Below are positions 36,480-64,000 of a stretch of DNA of 64,000 nucleotides, one piece after another. A program made the translations under genes and the position numbers. The stretch lies in assembly GCA_020137815.1 (NCBI GenBank), contig CM035353.1, positions 1-64,000 of the forward strand. Direction: 5' to 3'. The DNA comes from Hormiphora californensis (Eukaryota > Animalia > Ctenophora). The stretch's first letter is position 1, and each line of letters starts with the position of its first letter. The notes below the pieces were generated by a model. It had not been told where the DNA came from. It saw nothing but the letters and a program-made list of their open reading frames with translations, and did not search any database.

Positions 36480-37861
36480 GCGCCGGCCCCGCTTGAGATA
36501 CATCTTCAGGCCAGTGATAGAACGGCCAGTGTTAAAATCCGGGTGTTTCGTGAGTGTTGACAAACGGTTTTTTAGGGTTAGGGTTAAAGTAGGGTCGGGG
36601 TTGGGGTTAGGCCTTGACAATTCCAATCAGATAAACTTTGAATTAGCCAAAACGGTTCAGTGGTTTGGCGGTTAGAGCCATTTTTATGATCGTAACGGCG
36701 CTGGCAGTCCTTGGTGACGCAAGACAAAACGGAATGCCGTTTCTTCTTGTGTCATATCATAATTCCTGTTTAATTCCTATCACCTTTCACCAAGGACGGT
36801 GTGCGCGCACAAATCGTAACACGCAGAAAATATTAAAACACGCTGCATGCGCGTCGCATTGGGCGTGCGTGTGGCGCGTCACAAAATATTTATGTTTTTT
36901 TTATAATTTTCAAACATTTTAGTTGAAAAGCGCTGCGCAGGCCAGCAACGTTTACCAAACATTTTAGATTTTTAAGTTTTGGAACGAGTTGAAAAGTTCA
37001 CGACTCCACCTCCCATCGCAATGTGTGATTTTACTGACTGACTTTTTATTTGTAATATTTATTGTTTATTTGAGTGAGTGGTTTTAAGATTTATTTATTT
37101 ATTACTAACCCCAACACCGGGGGCAAATGATCGAACCCAATGTGAATGAGACTCATCGCGATTAACTCTTCATACGGTTACCCCCTTTCTCTCTTCGGCA
37201 GCTTCTCTTCGGCTGTCGGAAAGTGATGCCAATCGGTGTTGGGGTTAGTGAATTTTCAAAAAAAAGTTGAAAAGCGCTGCCTTATCCCGCAGGGGCCAGC
37301 AACGTTTGCCAATGGAACGAGCGGCCAGGAAGATCTGTCATCTGTGACAGGAACAAGGAGTGTTACGCTGAAACCATGTCATTCATTCGTGAAAAGACAC
37401 GATTCAGCTTATTGAGATCAACACTTGTTGCGTTTAGGGGCACCAAGAGACGTGTGATCCCAGTCAGAGTGAAGACGTTGACTTTCGAGATACGCGAGCA
37501 GAGAGAGGGAGTATGAGTGTATGAGGGTGTGTTGGTTATTTATTGTTTTTCTCGATTTTTAAGATTTCAAAGAAGAAAGTTGCCATTTTTGAAATAAATA
37601 TTTGCTCAGGCGCTACAGTCCTCCAGGGTAGGACTGCAGCCCCCGCAGTGGTCCAGAGAGCGGAGCCCCGCAAGAAGGGTCTAGGGGCTTCAAACAGGGC
37701 TCGCTCCAGGGACCAGGGGGGTACTGAGCAGTGAGCCCCCCTCAAAAATTCATGGCAGCTTCGCCCGTCAAAATGCTTAAAATGTGTGACATTCGGTTAA
37801 AATTCTCAACTTTTTTCCGGGGCTTCGCCTCCATCAAGACATGCCGGTGCTTTGCAGACAG

Positions 37862-38416
37862 CATAGGGATCCCTAAAAAAGTTCAGTATTTACACAGCGT
37901 TTACACAGACATAAGATCCAGAGCACCCGTGCCGCTCTGGGTGTAACGACTGCATATTTTACACTCGATTTGCAGCGTTTTTTTCGCTGTGGCATTCAAT
38001 TGACTCTATTGTGCAGCACACAATCTAATAATTTCTTGAAAAAACTGCAAAACGCAGCATGCACCGCTCTGGGTGTATAGTCGGATAGTGTGTATAGTTG
38101 TCACCCCCTGGGTGGCGCACGAGTTTTTAAAGGCGTGTCGGAAACGTGTCGGAAGCTCGTGTCGGCACTTGGCTCTCACGCCTTTGTTTCTTGACCAATT
38201 TCGTCAAACAAAACTTTTACGGACTCACAAAATTTTGCTCTTTCTGATGATATGCGGCTTTTTGCCGGAAAGGTAGAGCAAGTGGGGGCTGTCATGCGCA
38301 AATACGACGCCGTGCGTAAAAAGGGGGGTGACAACTTCAAAAAATCCGTCTTAAACGACTGTGTAAAGACTGTGCAAACGCTGTGTAAATACTGAACTTT
38401 TTTAGAGATCCCTGTG
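37862..38416. mobile_element. MITE with ~45-bp TIRs (CAYAGGGATC..AAAAAAGTTCAGTATTTACACAGCG)
   Basis: Inverted termini visible directly. Confidence 0.7.
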
Positions 38417-38722
38417 AAGCTAAAGAAAGTTTGGAACAAGATTGCTTTCATTTTCTAAATGTTTCCGGAATTATAGATCCCGCTTCGGATTTATGAATGC
38501 CTGGAAACATTCTTGTTTCCTCAGGTTTTTTCTTGATTTTTATGCGCGTAAATATAGACACACATAATATAGATATAAAGATAAATTTCCCTGTACAATA
38601 GAGCCAGTTAGCGGAGGGCTGTAGACAGCGCTTACACCTATCAAGAGAAATATTAAGTCAATTTATAGCATATTAAGAGAAAATATGATATTTAAAGTAT
38701 TATGTATCATAGTTACATTGTA

Positions 38723-39357
38723 CAGGGTGTTCATATGGGATCTTTACAAGCGTTGGGCTTCACCCAGAAAAAAGTTAACAAGATTAGGTCATGAAACTTC
38801 ATACTTGGACTATTCTATACCCTCATTCAAGGTTCCTGGGGGTTTTGGAGCTCTAGCAACCCCGGAAGTGTGTTTTTGGCATCATAACTACCAGAAGGAA
38901 TTTTCTGCTGGTGCTGAGACTTTGCTAAAATGTTTTTTGGGTATTTTCTATGTCAATCCCAAAGTTTCATGGAGATTGGATGTGTTTTACGGACTCAAAA
39001 TTTCGTAAAAAGTTGCTGGAAAGGCTCGAAAACGGCTCAAAAACGACAAAAATTGAGTCTCCAGCAACTTTTTACGAAATTTTGAGTCCGAAAAACACAT
39101 CCAATCTCCATGAAAATTTGGGATTGACATAGAAAATACCCAAAAAACATTTTAGCAAAGTCTCAACACCAGCAGAAAATTCCTTCTGGTAGTTATGATG
39201 CCAAAAACACACTTCCGGGGGTGCTAGAGCTCCAAAACCCCCAGGAACCTTGAATGAGAGTATAGAATAGTCCAAGTATGAAGTTTCATGATCTAATCTT
39301 GTCAACTTTTTTCTGGGTGAAGCCCAACGCTTGTAAAGATCCCATATGAACACCCTG
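38723..39357. mobile_element. Tc1/mariner-like foldback MITE (TA TSD)
   Basis: TA|cagggtgttcatatggga...tcccatatgaacaccctg|TA; ~300-bp arms. Confidence 0.9.
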
Positions 39358-40523
39358 TATTAAACAATGAGACGTTCACAGTACCGAACTTTAATCAATA
39401 AATGAAATATGAACAACTAACAAGTTACTTTGATCTAGTGCTGTGTAGGAGTGACGTTCAATGTCATCCTAAACTACTGCTACTTTAACTGGAGATCCTT
39501 TAACCCAGGTGTTACCTCCACCTCTATGTACCCTAGGTTATCCTGGCTGGATCGGTGGACAATGCGTTGTGTTAATGAATACCTGCGTTAGGAGTGAGGT
39601 GTGATATTAACTAGTTTCAAATCAAAACTATCAAAAGACAAGATATAACAAGGCTTCGAACTAATCACTATAGTACAAGTGTGTACTTCCTCTAACATAT
39701 AAACCAAGTGTCTATACTCAAACTATGCAGGGACATCATAGTCCAATCAGATCAGGTTCTCCCAACCCACAGTAGGGTCCTCAGTGACTGATTCACAATC
39801 AAAGTCTGGTCAACGGGAACAACACTCAATCATAGTCCAAGGGTGGCCAAGTCAAGGCATCCAATCACGTGACTCCAAGTCCTTCTCCAGGTAATCCGTA
39901 TTTAATGACTCCGTTCCTGGCTCGTGTCTCCCTTGGTAAGATATTGTCACCAGGTCGAAAGTAGAACTGAAACTGCTGTAGCTCCTCTTCAGGAATAGAA
40001 GTATCATTGCATTTAGAGGCAGGAATGTCGATGAACTAGAAGCTCCGCCTTGATCCAAGTCGAATTATCTCCGACAGGTTCTCTACTCGAGATGAGTAAC
40101 ACCTTATTTACCTCTGTATGAACCAGGGTAATTTGCCCAATTACAAAATGGGACTCTACTGCAACCCCGTGCGGTTGTCAATCATCACATTAAACCAAGC
40201 TTGATGATTCAAGCCATGAGAGTATATCATGGTGCATAATGCAGTATATTCCAGATAACATGTGTATATCAAGAATTAATCAAGGGACACATATCAGTGT
40301 TCCCGCAGCTGCAGCATGCTGACAGCATGCTGCAGCATGCTGACACGATTTTAGTGTTTTTCTATTTCAATGATGATTTTTAAATGTTTTAAATTTTCTC
40401 ATGATCACAGATCATTTCAATCTCAACTTTTTATTTTCCGAATAACCCTCTTGCAGAAAACAGTTGTTGTAATTTTAATCAGCAATTAAAAACTCCCATA
40501 ACCTGATCTAGACAAGACAGAAG

Positions 40524-57844
<17,321 letters not shown>

Positions 57845-57943
57845 GGGTCAACAAGGGGACACTTGGGAAGAAGAGCTGTATTAATCAGGGTGTTAGTTAT
57901 TGGTAATATGGTGTTATTTAAAAAGAAGTTTCATATGTTCTGT

Positions 57944-58640
57944 CGGCACTGCTAGCCCGACCACTAACAAAAGCACTAACAGAACCACTAACAAAAGTGA
58001 TTCGGGAAAGCTTATTACAGTCGGACCCCGATTTAGTGGCCCCCGATTTAGTGGCAGGATTTTGTTCCCCCGAGGATGCCACTAAATCGGGGTCCGACTG
58101 TATTAGTACGAGACGATACGAGATATGGAATATGATTCGGGGAGCCTATTAGGAGTGTTAGACGACATGAAACACGATTCGGGGAAGATTGCCGTCTCTT
58201 TGCCTCCATATCCCCCTCTCCGTCTCGCTATATCTCGGTCCCTCTCTCTTTCTCTGATGTTGACGGTCCATGTAGAGGAACTACCAAAAAGGAGGTGGTG
58301 AACTAGTGGTCAGGGAGGTCAAGAAGATAGAGAGGGAGAGAGAGAGAGACAGAGGTAGAGGTAGGGAGGGGGGTAGGGAGGGGATAGGGATTGAAAGAGA
58401 AAGCAATCTTCCCCGAATCGTGTCTTATATCGTCTAATACTCCTAATAGGTTTCCCCGAATCGTATTCCATATCTCTTATCGTCTCACACTGCCCTAATA
58501 AGCTTTCCCGAATCACATGCTTAACATCCCGTATTGTCTCACATTGCTAATAAGGGGTCCCCGAATCGTGTCACATATCCATCCCCCTCATTAGAATTTG
58601 TTAGAGGTTTTGTTAGTGGTCGGGCTTTCCTAACAGTGCC
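57944..58640. mobile_element. Degenerate inverted-repeat element containing an 83-bp mini-MITE (58018-58100)
   Basis: ggcactg..gcccgaccactaacaaaa / ttttgttagtggtcgggc..cagtgcc; inner arms 58105-58190 vs 58400-58495. Confidence 0.6.
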
Positions 58641-58914
58641 GTTCTGTCAATAAATAATTCAAATCGGCCAGTTATTGATATTAATATTATATATTAAATA
58701 TATATTTATAAAAAGGAGTGAGTCAATAATATAAGCAGGGAGGTGGTCGGAGTTTGTTATTTGTTTTGTGCACAGGGAGTTGTCCGTTTCTCGCACCTTA
58801 AACTACTTTATTTTTAAACGTTTTTAACTGAAAAGAGAGGATTTACATTTAGCATGTATTGATCCCTACCGAGTACCGGTGTTTTATTATGTGCCATATA
58901 AGGAGAGAGATATA

Positions 58915-59032
<118 letters not shown>

Positions 59033-60725
59033 TGCTCAGAATGAAATCGGGTCGGCGCCCGGCGCCGCTAGACAGAGATGGCGAGAGTGAGACAGAGAGT
59101 GAGAGAGAGAAAAGGAAGAAGGAGAGCCAAATCGTAGTATTGACGTTTCCGTGTGTATGTGAAAATATTATTTTAAAACAAATCAGTAGTTTGTTTCTGG
59201 ACTGAGGTCATGCTTTCAGCTGCAATAAATCCAACTTCCATCAAACGGATTACCTCCAATCTCCATTTTATTAACAAAAAAGCGATCACGTGACTGTCAT
59301 GACAGGGATCGGGATTCGGAATGGCCAAGATTCAAAAGTCCGAGGAAGTTCCCACGGTCCACGCGCGCGCCATTACGTGACACATTTTGCGCACAGACCT
59401 CTACACAAAGGTCTGCGCGCCCTCCGTTCACTCACTCTAAACATTCGGTGCCGTGATTCCATGTCGCCACCAGAAAGAATTGACGTCCAGAAGAGGCCCA
59501 CATGTGGATCCCACTCCGGACCATTGAAGCACCACGTATTGGTCTCCCCCTCTCCACGTGAAGGCGACCAATACACCTCATGAGAAACCAGTTATCCAAA
59601 TGTTGCGTGTGAGCAAAATAAAATTCACAATTTATTTGTTTTGAAACTATAAAAGACTCAACAAAGAATTAAAAGAAACCACTAGGCTATAAGTACACTA
59701 AACAAGCATCCAAGTTTTTATGTCATTACCGTTCACACTTCATTCGCTAGTCCATGTTTTTTATGTACCAGTCCCAATCACAAAACCGGCCAATGTTCCG
59801 CTCAAATTCCATAAAAAGTTCCATTCTCTCTTCATTGACGTAGTGCATTAGGGTTATATCAGTGTCGTAGCAGAATTGTTGTGGCGAAAAAGCGTGGAAA
59901 TAGGGTACCAAGCCAACGGGTTCAAACTGAGAGAGAGGGGAGTGTTAGGGGTCATATTCGGGGAAAATACTGGGGGGGGGGTGTTAAATGTTATATGGGC
60001 GGAAGGGTGATGTTAGGGGTCATATTCGGGGAGTATTAGGGCAGTTTTAGGGGGTTGTTGTGGGTATTCAGGAGAAGAATCTTGTGATAGACATAATATA
60101 ATCGATGTGACAAGTATTTGAAAGTGATATTTTGTGTGTTGGTTTGTAATACAAAAATGGTTAACAGACCTTCAGATAGTTCGTCTTTATCAGCTACATC
60201 AGTACTGCTAGCAGGAAATTTATACAGCATCATTCCAAATCAATTACAGATGTATCTGCTGCATTAGGGTATTATATAATTAGTATATTTAACCATTTTT
60301 GCAGCGCCCAATTCTGAATCAGATGTTCCTTCTTTCTTGTTTTCAAAACTTAGTTTTGCAGTTGTCTGACCATTTGGCAGCGAAGCCACGTACAGGGGAT
60401 AGCGCGACGTGCCCAATCTGACCATTTATCCCTCCTTCCCAAGTTCAAAAAGTTAAAACATCATTTGTGATTTGGTCTGAAAGAGTTAACACACACACAA
60501 TCTAAAAGATCCCAAATAGTATGTACATGCACTGTCTTTAAAAAATAAAAATACTTTCATTTCTTAAATTAAAACACCGTCCTCATGGCAACAAATAGTT
60601 AGCAATTCAAAAGTTTAAATAACGTGTTACTATGTTAGAACCTGCAATTGTAATTCCCTCAACTAAATAAATAACAAACAGTTCCTTCTCTCTCCATAAC
60701 AAATTGATTCCCCAATATTCCCTAA

Positions 60726-62110
60726 TTATTTGATAATGTCTTTGTGGTCCACAACAAATTGTGCATCACAAAACCTTCCAATCCTCCTGAAATACTCCAT
60801 GTACTCCACCATGTAATTATCCAGGACGTAGTGTAGCAGTGTGGTTACCTCCTGGTCGCAGTATTTGTGGGGGTACCACGGCCGGAATGCTGGAACCAGG
60901 TCCACTGGATCGAGCTGGGAAATGGGGAACATGGGTTGAAGTGCAGGCTGGACAATGGGAACTGTATGAAGACACTGAGGTTATTATATGTATTCGAGTA
61001 ACATGGTGTTCACTAGTGCATGGATGATGGAAAGAAGCATCAAAAAAGTTTTGCACTGTTAAATGACTAAATGAGGTATTTGGAGTACCTTCACAAGGTA
61101 TCGAATCAAGAGTAGTGTGTATGTGATGAATCGCACAAAAAGTCAGCGTTGAGAAATAGCTCTGAATGAGACAGCGAGTTGCATGCATCAGATTATAAAC
61201 ACAATATATTAAGATCTAACTACGGCCCCTCCCCCCGCTAACTAATTAGTAAGCCAAGTTTTAGTAGTTATTTTATTTTCCTTGTGGTTGGTACTATCCT
61301 GGCTTATAATACCTTTATTATTACCCCCTCCTACTGACACCACAGTATAACACAACTCACCTCATATCCTCCTTAATTGGCATGGTCTAGGACACAACTC
61401 ACCTCATGTCCTCCTTAATTGGCATGGTTTAGGACACAACTCACCTCATATCCTCCTTAATTGGCATGGTCTAGGACACAACTCACCTCATATCCTCCTT
61501 AATTGGCATGGTCTAGGACACAACTCACCTCATATCCTCCTTAATTGGCATGGTCTAGTACACAACTCACCTCATATCCTCCTTAATTGGCATGGTCTAG
61601 GACACAACTCACCTCATATCCTCCTTAATTGGCATGGTCTAGGACGAACTGGGAACTACAGAAAGTATCACGTTCTCTGATGGACTCCATGAACGGCAAC
61701 ACCAACTTGTCCGCCTTTACATAGTGCATCAGCACTACATCTGGTTTATCGCATGTTTTGTGTGGGGCAAAGGCACGGAACGCAGGTTGAAGGGCGACTG
61801 GATCCAACTGTTTCAGGTGTATTGTTGTGTGTTGAGGAGGAGGTTAGCAGGGGGGTGGGGGTATTATTATACAGCTCTTTACTGGATCATGCGAAGCCAG
61901 GAGAGGAGGGATGCATAGCTAAGATCCTTACTACAGTTCCAAAATGTAGGGAGTGCATGGCGGTATAATATACTAGCCTCCCTATATTTTGATACTGTCT
62001 AGTTTGTGTTTGTATATATATACCTTTGCGTGGTATGCTAACACACCAATAAAGGCGTCTTCAACTAGGAAAAGAGGTTGAACTCCCGAATAATGGACTT
62101 CTAATAGTTT
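60726..62110 (-). CDS. 3' exons of a GT31 (beta-1,3-galactosyltransferase-like) gene; 5' part lies beyond the window
   Basis: Exon 62110-62024 encodes KLLEVHYSGVQPLFLVEDAFIGVLAYHAK (EDxxxG motif). Its phase-0 donor can splice to 61807-61625 (LDPVALQPAF..CD..LMHYV) or 60914-60726 (LDPVDLVPAF..CD..LLHYV). Confidence 0.7.
61351..61645. repeat. 42-bp minisatellite (7 copies) spanning the stop codon and a 5' splice site
   Basis: cacaactcacctcatatcctccttaattggcatggtctagga. Confidence 0.9.
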
Positions 62111-64000
62111 CTGAAAGGAAAAGAGGTTGGACTCCTGAATAATGGACTTCTAATAGTTTCTGAAAGGAAAAGAGGTTGGACTCCCGAATAATGGACTTCT
62201 AATAGTTTCTGAAAGGAAAAGAGGTTGGACTCCCGAATAGTGGACTTCTAATAGTTTCTGAAAGGAAAAGAGGTTGAACTCCTGAATAATGGACTTCTAA
62301 TAGTTTCTGAAAGGAAAAGAGGTTGGACTCCCGAATAATGGACTTCTAATAGTTTCTGAAAGGAAAAGAGGTTGGACTCCCGAATAGTGGACTTCTAATA
62401 GTTTCTGAAAGGAAAAGAGGTTGAACTCCCGAATAATGGACTTCTAATAGTTTCTGAAAGGAAAAGAGGCTGAACTCCCGAATAATGGACTTCTAATAGT
62501 TTCTGAAAGGAAAAGAGGTTGAACTCCCGAATAATGGACTTCTAATAGTTTCTGAAAGGAAAAGAGGTTGGACTCCTGAATAATGGACTTCTAATAGTTT
62601 CTGAAAGGAATAGAGGTTGCACTCCTGAATAATGGACTTCTAATAGTTTCTGAAAGGAAAAGAGGTTGAACTCCCGAATAATGGACTTCTAATAGTTTCT
62701 GAAAGGAAAAGAGGTTGAACTCCCGAATAATGGACTTCTAATAGTTTCTGAAAGGAAAAGAGGTTGAACTCCCGAATAATGGACTTCTAATAGTTTCTGA
62801 AAGGAAAGGAGGTTGAACTCCCGAATAATGGACTTCTAATAGTTTCTGAAAGGAAAAGAGGTTGGACTCCTGAATAATGGACTTCTAATAGTTTCTGAAA
62901 GGAAAAGAGGCTGAACTCCCGAATAATGGACTTCTAATAGTTTCTGAAAGGAATAGAGGTTGAACTCCCGAATAATGGACTTCTAATAGTTTCTGAAAGG
63001 AAAAGAGGTTGAACTCCCGAATAATGGACTTCTAATAGTTTCTGAAAGGAAAAGAGGTTGCACTCCCGAATAATGGACTTCTAATAGTTTCTGAAAGGAA
63101 AAGAGGTTGAACTCCCGAATAATGGACTTCTAATAGTTTCTGAAGGGAAAAGAGGTTGGACTCCTGAATAATTGACTTCTAATAGTTTCTGAAGGGAAAA
63201 GAGGTTGGACTCCTGAATAATGGACTTCTAATAGTTTCTGAAAGGAAAAGAGGTTGAACTCCCGAATAATGGACTTCTAATAGTTTCTGAAAGGAAAAGA
63301 GGTTGGACTCCCGAATAATGGACTTCTAATAGTTTCTGAAAGGAAAAGAGGCTGAACTCCCGAATAATGGACTTCTAATAGTTTCTGAAAGGAAAAGAGG
63401 TTGAACTCCCGAATAATGGACTTCTAATAGTTTCTGAAAGGAAAAGAGGCTGAACTCCCGAATAATGGACTTCTAATAGTTTCTGAAAGGAATAGAGGTT
63501 GAACTCCCGAATAATGGACTTCTAATAGTTTCTGAAAGGAAAAGAGGTTGGACTCCCGAATAATGGACTTCTAATAGTTTCTGAAAGGAAAAGAGGCTGG
63601 ACTCCTGAATAATGGACTTCTAATAGTTTCTGAAAGGAAAAGAGGTTGAACTCCCGAATAATGGACTTCTAATAGTTTCTGAAAGGAAAAGAGGTTGAAC
63701 TCCCGAATAATGGACTTCTAATAGTTTCTGAAAGGAAAAGAGGTTGGACTCCTGAATAATGGACTTCTAATAGTTTCTGAAAGGAAAAGAGGTTGAACTC
63801 CCGAATAATGGACCTCTAATAGTTTCTGAAAGGAAAAGAGGTTGAACTCCCGAATAATGGACTTCTAATAGTTTCTGAAAGGAAAAGAGGTTGAACTCCT
63901 GAATAATGGACTTCTAATAGTTTCTGAAAGGAAAAGAGGTTGAACTCCCGAATAATGGACCTCTAATAGTTTCTGAAAGGAAAAGAGGTTGAACTCCCGA
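62067..64000. repeat. 49-bp minisatellite (>=39 copies, runs off the window) containing a 3' splice site and exon start
   Basis: aggaaaagaggttgaactcccgaataatggacttctaatagtttctgaa. Confidence 0.95.

Noticed and set aside
39850-40240. Possible small divergent gene upstream of the SWIB gene
   Set aside because: Short frames without recognisable motifs or convincing splice structure
62067-64000. CRISPR-like array
   Set aside because: Contiguous 49-bp units with no unique spacers, eukaryotic context, no cas genes; it is a minisatellite

Overview
Repeat-rich eukaryotic (animal) genomic DNA, probably from a ctenophore. That assignment is inferred from a ctenophore-type spliced-leader-like sequence and repeat families I associate with Pleurobrachia-like genomes; it is not proven. 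Host genes: two tandem MFS-type transporter paralogs (- strand, 9-22 kb); a DEK-C + 2x SWIB gene (UAF30/spp27-like, + strand, 40.5-57.8 kb); the 3' end of a GT31 galactosyltransferase-like gene with two alternative terminal exons (- strand, 60.7-62.1 kb); and a tRNA-Asn(GTT). Most of the window is transposons: nested CRE-clade RLE retrotransposons, I/Jockey-like, CR1-like and RTEX-like LINEs, and many MITEs (Kolobok-, Tc1/mariner- and hAT-like). Three observations stand out. (1) An intact LINE carries, antisense inside its open 1230-aa ORF1, three tandem Pol III tRNA-gene-like cassettes. They share an exactly positioned upstream TGAATT motif with the real tRNA gene next to the insertion, and the same ORF1 has a catalytically degenerate AlkB fold and an SGNH esterase. 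(2) An 11.5-kb single insertion consists of two different LINE families fused head-to-tail and capped by a spliced-leader-like 39-mer. (3) Four independent minisatellites are each anchored on a splice site. The first ~3.2 kb is an indel-rich duplicate of 15-18 kb, probably a low-quality alternative haplotype or assembly artefact.
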